Part shown: positions 26,969 to 37,700 of the stretch, piece after piece | How positions within the stretch are numbered: the stretch's first letter is position 1 | How the letters are laid out: each line of letters starts with the position of its first letter | From: Azolla caroliniana | Taxonomy: Eukaryota; Plantae; Polypodiophyta | Assembly: GCA_043228905.1 (NCBI GenBank) | Contig: JBHGNT010000003.1 | Coordinates: 17,794,001-17,858,000, forward strand | Direction: 5' to 3' | DNA length: 64,000 bases | Translations under genes and position numbers: made by a program | The notes under the pieces: model-generated | The model's input: the letters and a program-made list of their open reading frames with translations, nothing else | What the model was told of the DNA's origin: nothing | Databases searched by the model: none

Positions 26969-27418
26969 GAACTCGATACGGCGTATCGAGTTCCTGTTTA
27001 ATTCCTAAACTTTAAACGGGAACTCGATACGCCGTATCGAGTTCCTCTGCTTTCTTTGCTTTTTAAACGGGAACTCGATACGGCGTATCAAGTTCATGTT
27101 TAAAACCTAAACTTTAAACACGAACTCGATACGGCGTATCGAGTTCCTGTTTAAAATCCAAACTTTAAACACGAACTCGATACGCCGTATCGAGTTCCCA
27201 TTTATATCGAGTTCGTGTTTAAAGTGTAGGTTTTAAACGGGAACTCAATACGGCGTATCGAGTTCCTGTTTAATGTTTAGGTTTTAAACAGGAACTCGAT
27301 ACGCCGTATCGAGTTCCCATTTAAAAAGCAAAAACAAATTATGAACTCAATACGCCGTATCGAGTTCATGTATAAAGTTTGTATTGTATACATGAACTCG
27401 ATACGCCGTATCGAGTTC
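26969..27418. repeat. Array of nine GAACTCGATACG(G/C)CGTATCGAGTTC palindromes, 51-bp period
   Basis: Starts at 26969, 27020, 27071, 27122, 27173, 27241, 27292, 27343 and 27394, plus a half site near 27205. Confidence 0.97.
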
Positions 27419-27646
27419 TTGAGCGACGAAACATATTTACAAAAATGTCCACAGTGTTAAAGGCCTACCTGGAGTCCTTGCGCTCGATTCTCTTTGAAGA
27501 CATGGTTGATCATGTGGAAGTGGAGGCGGAGATCGCGCTTTCGTGCTTTGTGCTCTGTGTGCTCTGTGTGCTTTGTGTGCTCTCTACGTTCTGTGTGCTC
27601 TGTACGCTCTGTACGCTCTTGTAAGTGAAATATGACGAGGTCTTCC

Positions 27647-27654
27647 TATTTATA
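27647..27654 (-). promoter_or_regulatory. TATA box of the ParB-MTase gene
   Basis: CCTATAAATAGG on the minus strand, ~145 bp upstream of the predicted ATG at 27503. Confidence 0.55.
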
Positions 27655-27946
27655 GGGATTGACAACATTGGTTAAAGTAACCATAGTCACCTTAACCAAG
27701 GTTGGTAACTTTGAGGATAGTTAGTTGGTAACCATAGTCACATTAACTAGAGTAACTTATGATTGTATTAATGATTACAAAGTCAAACTAACATATTGAT
27801 CAATCTTTTATAGTCATAACAACCTACAATGACTTCAAAGGTTATAAAGGAGACAATGATAGAGGTTCATGAATGTACCAATGATTATTAGTTTTTTTCC
27901 TTACCTTAAGCACATAACTTAGAGAGCCCTATCTAGACCTTATGCC

Positions 27947-30730
27947 ATGAGTGAAGATTCACCGTTCTCGATTGAAGAATATTGTTTGTCATCAGACCCA
28001 TCATTTTCTACTAAAGAGTATTGTTTGTCAACAGAGTCACCATATTCGATTGAAGAATATTGTCTGTCGACCGACTCACCATATTCTATCGAAGAATATT
28101 GTCTGAGCTCATCTACAGGGAATGTAAATAATGACACATGTGAAGAGTTCTCTATTGAAGAATACGATATTAATAAAGATACCGAGAATGAAGGAAGTGC
28201 CCAAGAAACATTGAATAACATTGGCGATGGTCACAACAGAGAATTAGACTGTAACAAGGTTACACCAACCTCTATGCAGGAAGAGAAATCTGGGAGCCCT
28301 ATGCATATTAGAAGAATCCCACGAAGAATTCGTCTGGCTAGATTTAGCTTGGTGACATCAGATAAACATATTGGATTTGATGTCAAAAAAATATGTTGTG
28401 CCCGTGGTTGTATGTCTATGATTGGAAAATCAAAGTTGCGAGAATTAAGGCGATACTATTTTTCGATGACCGGTGATGAGCAAGGCGATACTATTTTTCG
28501 GGTCACATATGCAACTAGTATCTGACAAATGTACGGGGATCAAAGTATCATTCGAGTATTATATCTTCCATGCGCAACAGATATGTAGAGTTGCATTCAA
28601 AATTGCGTTATGTGTTAGTAACATGCGGTTACATAGAGTACAACAACGTCTACTTAGCGGGGATCAGATGCTCAATTGTAAAGAGGTTCCAAGTATGAAA
28701 GGTGCAATTGGAAGACATGCTAATGGCTGGATGAAAACTTACTTTCAGTTAAATTGTGAAGTAATGCCCACTACAAGTAGGATGCATCTTTCTGATAATT
28801 ATACACGTCGGGAAGTTTATGATGTCTATCGATCTGATATGCTGGGCTCACGTAATAAGTCTATCACCTATAGCCAATTCACAAGATTATGGAGAGCTCG
28901 GTTTTCAAATGTTATTATTCCTCGTAAAGTACGTATGGGGTATTGCTCCATTTGTGCAAATCTTAAAAGTTTGGCTAAAGCTGCAAAGACATCAATGGAA
29001 AAGGATACGAGTAAGAAGTTACTACAAGAGCATCGTGAGGCACAATCCTTAGAACGAAGGAAGGCGATGCATCATAGAGAGAAGTGTTTGAAGAGGCCCG
29101 AACAATACATGTGCTTAATGATAGATGGCATGGACCAGAAGAAGACATGCTTGCCGCATATGCGGAGGCTCCCCAAAGATGTCAATGATGAGTGCCTTGT
29201 TCAAATGCACTTGGTGGGATGCTTGGCTTATAATAGGTCTGTTCGACCTCACGTCTTCATTACTTACCCCAATGTTCACAATGACCCTAACCTAACAGTT
29301 ACAGTGATTCACCGAGTTTTGATGTCTTGGGGACAACCTTTCCCCCCTGTTCTATACATTCAATTGGACAATACTGCTAGAGAGAACAAAAATTCAACTG
29401 TATTTGGCTATCTAAGTATGTTGGTCAACCTAGAATTGTTTAGGAAAGTGAAACTCAATTTCCTTTTGGTTGGCCACACACATGACCATATAGATCAGAT
29501 GTTTAGCACATTCTCCAGACAGTTGTCTCGGCATGATGCTTTCACTTTACCTAAACTATTTGATGTCATTTGTGATGCTTATACACCACGCCCAAAAGTG
29601 TTACACTTGAAGGAGGTATATGACTTTAAGAGATATATATTAGATGGGGGTGGTGGGAATGTTAAAGTGCTTGCTCAGTTAAACAATATAAGTTTCAATC
29701 ACATTTTTATGATAAAGAAAAATGGAATAAGTGGTTCTACACTTTTGTATGCTAAACAATATTCATCTTCTACAACATGGGAACCTGAAGGTGGTTGCCA
29801 GTTATTACTTTGTATGCCGAGTACAATTGTCCATGGAGCTAAGCAAATGCCAATTGAGAAGAAAGGACAGTTGTAGAGCGACTTGGTATCAGAACAAAAA
29901 CGGTCATGGCTCCAAGCCTTAGAAGAAAAAAGAAAGCATATTGAGGCCGCCAAGAAATATGCCGCACAACAAGACACGTCATGGTGGGATGTATTTTATA
30001 GTGATCAGAAAGAAATTATAGACAATTGTGTATTTGTTGATAATTGGAATTTGGAAACGCCATTCACATGGTCGCTGCAACATGATCGCGTAAATAGAAG
30101 TCTAGAGCAACTAGTAAATGCGATTAATGACAGCTTGGTCCATCCACAACAAAGAGACATTTATGTGGGACCAAGGATGACCAAAGCAGCCGAAGCTAGA
30201 TGGCAAGGAAATTTGCAAGAGCTCACCGCGGGGATGTTGATTGCAACGCCGGCTGATGAGAACTCACATGGCCACCAATTTTGGGTTGGTAAAATTCTAG
30301 AAGTGCTAATGCATGAAATAGAAAACACGATCAAGTCTATAAATGTTCATTGGTACAACACTAGAAGTGCAAATGCTTTTACAGGTAAGTATACATTGGA
30401 GATGATTGAATGCCAAACAAGAAGGGGAGGTAGGAAGAGGAAGCGAAACATTCGTAACACCTCGACCCTTGATATCTCTGATGTGGATATCATTGTGTAC
30501 GACTTCACACTTACAAAAGCCGGACGATTAAGGAAGTCAACAATAGATATAATAAAAGAAAAATTACCAGGTCTACAAGGTGGCTCGAGTCAAAGGCAAA
30601 CGAGATCTGCTACATATAATCTAGAGTCAAACCATTTGGTTTATGACTAAGATAATGCACTGATTGGTACATCCGAGGATGATGAGGAGGAATCGTCATT
30701 GTATATTAGTTATAGTAGTGATTCTCCGTA
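27947..30730 (+). pseudogene. Sola-like DDD transposase (one frameshift near 28490, stops at 29876 and 30650)
   Basis: Motifs CCARGC, MP..HL, F..LW..F..V.IP, CSIC, IDGMDQKK, QLDNTARENKN and FLLVGHTHDHIDQMFS. Confidence 0.85.
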
Positions 30731-33060
30731 AAGGAGTGATCATGAATGTATATTTGGCTATTAAGTGTAACTACATTCCGCTTGTAACAAATCGAGTAAT
30801 ATAAAATCATGTGTTTGAATTCTTATGATTTCTAAAAAATCGTTTCTTATAAAATAACATTGGTTGTAAAGTTTGTGATATAAATTGAGAATGTATCTTT
30901 TTGAAATTCGTCTTTTTTTAGTTACTTCTAAATCACGAAAATAGTGGATTTTTAACCTTTTTCATAGTATGTTTGAACATGTATGATACTGGTATCAATG
31001 TGTTTTGTAAAATAATTGAAAAACCCCTAAAATTTCCCTTATCCTTCCATTTATGCGCGATCCTTCCACTTGTGAACGCGAACATGTTGGAAGTTGGTAA
31101 TGAATTAGGCAACTATGTGAAAAGCCATGAAATATTGGAAATAGGATGTAAATTTGAGGTTCACAACAATAGTGTTTTTGAACACTTGATGCGACATTTC
31201 TTCGAATCCCAAAACCTTGATTCCACCCCACTGAGCCAAACTACTGATAATGTCCAAACAGATCCCACTGTACTGGAAAAGCTAGTGCAAGACACGGCTG
31301 ACATGCAAGCCACTATTGAGGTGATGGAAAGGTTGTCGGAGGAGGACACACTTGCACAATGGGTCAAAGAAGTAAGGCTAAATGGGCAACTGGTTAGAAA
31401 AAGGTTGAAGAAGGGCCCACGATCGGGGACAAGACCAGTTTCTCGGTCAACGGGCTCTTGAATTGGAGGGAAATACTTATTAGTGTGATATGATTGTTAG
31501 CGATTTTCCTAGGGTTTTATGAAGTTTTACTATGATCTATTTGGACAAGTAAAACCTTAGATTGGTTGCTTGATCCACATTATGTAATGGAACTCTATAA
31601 TGTTTCTCCAAGATAATTATGTTCATGTTTCTATGATGGAAAATATTTCATGTTCATTATGTTGTTTTGTGAGAATGTTAGTTACTTTGTGAGTGTGAAT
31701 ATGTTGGTGTTTTCTGATGTTGCAGGGTCTAAAGGGTTTGAATCTATTGCTCCTAAGGCCGATGGCAGTGTGGAAACTATTGATGTTGCTGCGTGTTTAG
31801 AGGGCCATATCTTGAAAGTAGATGTAGCAACTAACACAAATGATCTAGTCACGCAAGTTGATCAAGCATGTTGCACAAATGATCTGATTTTGCAGGTAGA
31901 TGCAACATGTGATACCAGTGGGCTCATATCGACCAGATCAGTATCTACATGCACTGAGCCAATGACTAAGTCGACAACACAAGACCACCAAAATGTGAAG
32001 CCAGATCCAACATAGTCAACCAGGGGTTTGAAGAGGAAAAGGACACCAATTGTGCCGACAGAACCTGAGTTGATTGACCTTGATCGTGTGCTACCAGTAA
32101 TTGGTGTAACAGAGGCTCAATTACATGAATGGAAACCTAAACCATTAGAAGTCGAAAGAAGAGCCTTGATCTTGGAGCTTGATAAAGTCTTGATGAGTGT
32201 GCGATATATGACACCAAGGAGGGACGCAAATCAATTTCTGGAGTGAGTTGTGCAATATTTTGATTTGTTTGGTTGGAGAGAAAAACCACGTACAGATGTG
32301 TGGAAGTGTGTAGAAATATTCTTCCTAAAGTGGTGACAACATTTCAAGGGTCAGTGGACACGAGAGAATTGTGAGCAAAATGATGTTGCAAGATTCAAAA
32401 GACTTTCTGATTTTTGGGACACTTGGCCAGATTATAATGCCGACAATACGTTGATACAGAACATTTCCAACATTACTTCAACATTTGTAGATGCTGTCTC
32501 ATTCTACCCAATGAAATGCCTGAACACTATTTGGTGAAAACATTGAGTTGCCAACTAGCTACATGGTTGTGGACTCCGTACCGTGCTCGGTATGCAGATC
32601 ATATATGTAGAGAAGTTCCATTGACGAGCAAGAGCTTAGCTGTTCATAGACTATTTCAAGACATTGGAAATGGGATGTTTCTAATTTGCTACCACTTAAT
32701 CAATGAAGAATTAAATTGCTTGTTTTGAGTAACTTATCTACTATGTAATTTTAAGAGTATGTCCAGGATTGTTGATTTCATGATAGTGTTTTTTCTTAAA
32801 ATTATGCAAACTATTTTAACTTGTACATGGTTCACTTGAGTAAATCTGTATCTCAGAAAGAAGAACCCTAAACGATATTATTAAACTGTATATCAGAAAG
32901 AAGACTGTATATAAAAATGACACACTATTTTGTTGAGAAAGAAGCACAAAAAGTAGACTATATATGAAAAAAAAACTCCCAAACAGGTCCATTAAACTGT
33001 TTATTTGCAATACATGTGCTTTGTTTGTTTTACAAGAAAACTGGTAATTGCTACTTGTAG

Positions 33061-34015
33061 CTACAAATTCCATCGCATACTTTTGTAAATACTTTCATAC
33101 CCATTAGCACTAACTGTGTATAAACCTGAGCAACTATTGTATTGCGACATTGGGACATTAATGCACCTGACCAAATGAGAGTACATGTACGCCACTAGTT
33201 TGTCTTCTAATAGCCTATACACATAATCGTAATCATCTAGTCTTGCATAAAAAATACCTTTGATGTAGAATGTCCTGGTAGATACAACATTTCCCCAAGC
33301 ATCTAATATATTCTGCGTTGCACACTGTTTATTAACCGTGCACTTCAATATATAGAAATCGGCACCCTTTGAATTGCCTTCTTCTGCATTTACAACAAAA
33401 TTATCCCCAACATTTAAGACGCCACTCAGAGTATCTCCACGTCCTTGATATGTGAAGTGTAGAACGATGGCAACTGAGTGTAGAATGATCACCGGAGGAA
33501 ACTATCCGGTTCAATGTATTATACACACTTTTTCTACTAACACCAATTACCTTAGATAGCACACTGATGTTAATATCGTCAACATCACTATTAAGTAACA
33601 TCATTAGACTAGACCTTTTTAAGGCAAGATCATCTTCTGACCTGCTTATGGATACAAAACTATTACGAAGATTATTTACTAGTACAAATGTTATGTTTGC
33701 ATTCAGACCATCACAATCAACGAACTCCTTTATCGATGGATCATTTAATATTCCATAAAGTACTACCTTCTTGTCTTCATTGTTGATGTGCTTGGTTTGA
33801 ACATTGAAATAGTCTACAACCTTTCTCTCTATGATAGTAGTCTCATTACTTCAATTCTCAGTGATATTTAGACCTATATCCCAACCAATACTATCTTTAC
33901 CTTTAGTAAGTGTGGCTTTCGTATCCTTCAACAATTGGAGATATTTTCTTTTTTTTTTCTGCCCAATACTTTCGTATCGCTTGTTGTGTCCTAATAGTGT
34001 CATCCCTATCTTCAT
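33061..34015 (-). pseudogene. Internally deleted transposase-like gene (N-terminal HTH region joined to a C-terminal domain)
   Basis: An HTH-like SVLSKVIGVSRKSVY is followed by GDNFVV.AEEGN..GADFYILKC..DAWG..G.FY..YMYSHLV. From memory this resembles C-termini of bryophyte Sola-type transposases. No catalytic core is present. Confidence 0.5.
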
Positions 34016-34186
34016 GATCATTGAGGGGTAATTCTAAACACCGTCCTTCCCCTTCCATTTGGCTTGATGGGTTTAAACCCTAATTTTCCCGAAAAAAAGA
34101 CACGTATTAAAGATGGCTATGGGCAACAACTATACACAAAAATATTCTGCAATACACAAGATTATACAGAACAATACACAAGATAA

Positions 34187-34785
34187 TCAATAGACAAAAT
34201 AGTTATTCAAATCCAAGACCGAACAATGGCAGTAATCTAGGGCCGAATAGTGGCGGCAATTGAGTGTAGGATGGCGGTAGTGGAGGAGTGAACTTTGTTT
34301 GATCAAACAGTTTTGACAATCCAGGACCGAACAATGGCGACAACTGAGTGTAGAATGATGGCAATGGAGGAGTGAATTCCATCGGATCAAACAATGGCAG
34401 ATGGTGCTTGGAACGCATAGTGACGACAATTGAGAGTAGAATGGCAGTAGTGGAGAAGGAATGAACTCCTTCGGATCGAAAAGTGACAACAATACACCAC
34501 CAAACAGTAGCGGCAAGTAAGTGTAGAATGATGGCAATGGATGAATGAACTCCGTCAAATCGAACAATGGCAGATGATGCTTGGAATGCACAGTGACGAC
34601 AACTGAGAGTACAATGGCGGTAGTGGAGAAGGAGTGAACTCCCTCAGATTGAAAAGTAGCAGCAAGACACGACCGAACAATAGCAACAACTAAGTGTAGA
34701 ATGATGGCAATGGATGATTGAACTCCATCAAATCGAAAAGTGGCAGCAATCCAGGACCGGTCACTGAATAGTAGCGGCAACTTAG
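34187..34785. repeat. Tandem repeat (gtgtagaatgatggcaatggaggagtgaactcc...), left part
   Basis: Repeated ~80-bp subunits; the array continues after the LTR insertion. Confidence 0.85.
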
Positions 34786-37700
34786 TGTTAACCAGTCAGA
34801 AGAGCAAGGACAAGTGGGAAGGCGGAGTCGGATCGGATAATAGGAAGTAAATAATAGTATAATTATTATTCGGAGGGACGGATCCGGTACAGTTGTACCG
34901 ATCCAGATCCGGACCGATTCGGATGCCGGTTGCCTAAGCGCACCGATTGTAACCTTGCCGGATGCCTATAAAAGGATCCGATGATTTGTAAAGGTTTTGA
35001 CGGAAGTAATACAAATAGAATTATTGCGTGTTTATCTGTATCTCTGTATTGTTTTACCGTCTGTGCTTAATTGTAATCATCTTACGCGTGTAACCTAGCA
35101 TCCAATCCTTACCACCCCTTTGGAGAAGTGTCGGATAGACACCTGTGTTGAGGCTAGTCCAGCCAGGCGGACAACACTATTTTGGCGACCACGATTCCTG
35201 CAAAGTGCAGAGGACAACCGGGGGATGGATGTCTAGACCAAACGACGACCACATCACCGAATGAGGGAGACGATACACCGAACGAGAGCAACGACGGGAA
35301 GCCCTGCAGCAAGCCGTCGACGAGATCCGGCGGGATCGGTCATTCTCCAAAACTCTTCGGAGAGTCGCAGAAGAAGCACTGTAGTTCCGGGTTCTGCAAG
35401 TTCCCGACGAAGGCAGTAGCATAACAAGCCTGCAAGAGGCGGAAACGATACTACAGACGCTCGCCGGGGGCGACGGGGACTCGGAAGCATTCGCAACACT
35501 TGAGGCGGAGTCGGAAAGCGACGGAAGCGTTGCGTCCCGGTATAAAAGCAGCCACGACACACCAAACGACCGGGGGGAAGAGGGGTCGGAAGACTCAGTA
35601 ACACCGGAGCCAGAGGAAGAAATAACCTTGGAGTTCGGTGACCGGCAATCGCCGAGGGAGGCTGACGGGATACCGACAACACCCGCGAAGGAACCGAAGG
35701 AGCGGATACCGACAACACCCGTGGAGGAACCAAAGGGCCGGACACCGACAACACCCGCGGAGGAACTGAAGGAGCGGATACCGGCACCAACCGCGGAGGA
35801 ACCAAAGGTTCTCACACCGACGCCAACAGCGGACAGAGAGCGGAGAAGGCAGGAGAGTCAGTTGGACGACACGATGTCGTACCCATACCCAAAGTACCGG
35901 GATGAGCCCGACGCGGAGGCACACGTGTATGCATTCCTCCAAACATGGGAAGCCAACCATGTCTCCCAAAGATTGACGGAGCCCGAAGCCGAACGATCCA
36001 AAGTCGCCGAATTCGGCATGACCTTAGAAGGACCGGCGGCCCGATGGCATGCAAAGCACTTACGGGGTAGCTTTGCCACATTCGATGCCTTGAAGGCCAA
36101 ATTCCTCAGGCTTTTTCTCAGACAAGTTGAGCAAAGGGAATTGGTCGGGCAGTTCTACACCACCCGGCAGGAAGAGAACGAGACTGTGCCACAATTCATC
36201 ATTCGGTTTCAGACCCTGCACAGGCAACTGATGAGAGCACCACCCGAAGACGAAGCCAAAGCAGTCTTTTTGGCCGCGCTGAAAGAGCCACTTCGAACAA
36301 TGTGTGGAGTCCTTGATTTCCACACCAGCACAATGGACCAAGTTATTGATCGGGTCTTAGAAATGGACAAGACTAGCTCCTTCTTGTCGATGGGGATGTT
36401 ACACCGGGCACTTCCGAAGGAGGAAGACCTGAGGTTCCGACAAGCCTTACAATGCACAACATGCCTAAATTCGGGCCACTCAACAGTAGACTGCACCCTG
36501 CAGACACAATGTATGATCTGCAACTCTCAAGCCCATACAACGGACCGATGCGAATATAACCTGTTAAATCGGCAGGCAGCACCGGTTCGACACATAGAAC
36601 CGCGCAATCAGAACCCGGATGAGGATCGATTCCGGAGAGACGACCGCTACCAACGCGAACGCGGTAACAGATACGTTGATAGAAGATGCGATAACTATGA
36701 CCGAGAGGAGAAACGCAGAGATAGCTACCCCCGGGACCGGTACGACCGAGACGAATCCCCGGAATACGAACGACGCAGAGAAGAGAGGCGACAAGGGAAC
36801 CAAAATTTCCGACGGAATCAGAAGCGTGGATTTTTCCGAAGAGAGGAACGTCGGGAGGCAGCAAGGAATGACAACCCGGTATCGGTACCGGATAACCGAA
36901 AAACCGAAGACGACCGCCGAAGCATACCCACCCTCCAAACCGGGGACAAAGGAGAAACGAGCAACAGTCACAAGGTGTACTGTTATTACTACCGTAAGGA
37001 AGGCCATTATAGTAACCAATGCCCAAGCAAAACCAATGACAAGCAGCCGGCAGTCAACATGGTTACAGCCGAAATAACAGAAGTACAGCAGGTCACAACC
37101 CGGTCAAAGGGAAAGCCTGCCGAGTGGGAAGCCCAGGAGGCAATCAGAAAACAAGCGGCGCAATGGATCAACGAGGCACGCCAATGGATGAGGGAGAACG
37201 GGTTAAAAGGATTGTTGCGGATCGCCGACGCTCCACCACACGCAGAACCAGAGCAGGCAGCAACATCGATTGATTTATCAGAAATCACGGTAGGAGCGGT
37301 GCAGGCGCTCACGGGGATAAAAGCAGGAGGACTTCAAACAATCGAAAACCCTTCAAGTGAAATCCTGTTCGAATATTTCGGTGAGTATTCTATCAGCAGC
37401 AAGGCGTACCGAACACAGGGCGGAGAGAACCCGCTGTTCGGAGAAGTGGCCCGCGCCATGATGGAATACGGATTCGTGAATCCTCGTCCCCCGGCCATAG
37501 CCAGGTACCGGGCAACGTTCTTAATTGCAGCGTACGAAGGATTACAAGTGGACTGGCTCCATTTCATAACCGAAGGATTGAAGGAGGCCATCAAGAACCT
37601 TGTGGAAGGAAAAAAGCCATGGGCTGGGATAGCACAATGGCTAACGGTGTTAGTCCCACCGGTGCTCCCCATCAAACAAAAGAAAAGAGGTCGGCAGGAG

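Larger units (their letters stand above)
21817..27503 (-). pseudogene. ParB/Srx-like domain fused to a beta-class N6-adenine/N4-cytosine DNA methyltransferase (6 exons)
   Basis: Exons 27503-27469, 26525-24894, 24817-24679, 24595-24129, 24040-22259 (split by an LTR element) and 22169-21817 all have GT-AG junctions in matching phase. Motifs: YFVIGGSHSAEA..LTTEEAKLLAWDHN; IADIPYG; W-I-K; NPYQKPQRLMMHLIEMFSVEGDWILDLFSGTGTTSACALKLFRN..LEKD. Two premature stops. Confidence 0.85.
20771..31088 (+). mobile_element. Sola-like (Sola1-type) DNA transposon with a methyltransferase cargo gene
   Basis: 36-bp TIRs at 20771-20806 and 31053-31088 with 2 mismatches. GGAA is duplicated at 20767-20770 and 31089-31092. 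Excising the element restores the host reading frame. It encodes a DDD transposase. Confidence 0.88.
11247..32670 (+). pseudogene. Multi-exon gene with a RING-like finger and a degenerate FCP1/NIF(HAD)-like domain
   Basis: Phase-compatible GT-AG junctions at 11275/11655 and 12951/20628. RING-like CVAC..PCQHTYHIIC..C..C lies in 12684-12951. The frame HPILLE|VGNELG is restored across the Sola insertion. ALILELDKVL..R..ANQFLE lies at ~32160-32245. Confidence 0.6.

Noticed and set aside
26969-27418. CRISPR array
   Set aside because: The spacers are short, AT-rich and related to each other. There are no cas genes, and the array lies in a eukaryotic intron.
21817-27503. Bacterial contamination as the source of the MTase
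   Set aside because: The gene has spliceosomal introns, a TATA box and a plant LTR insertion, and it lies between TIRs.
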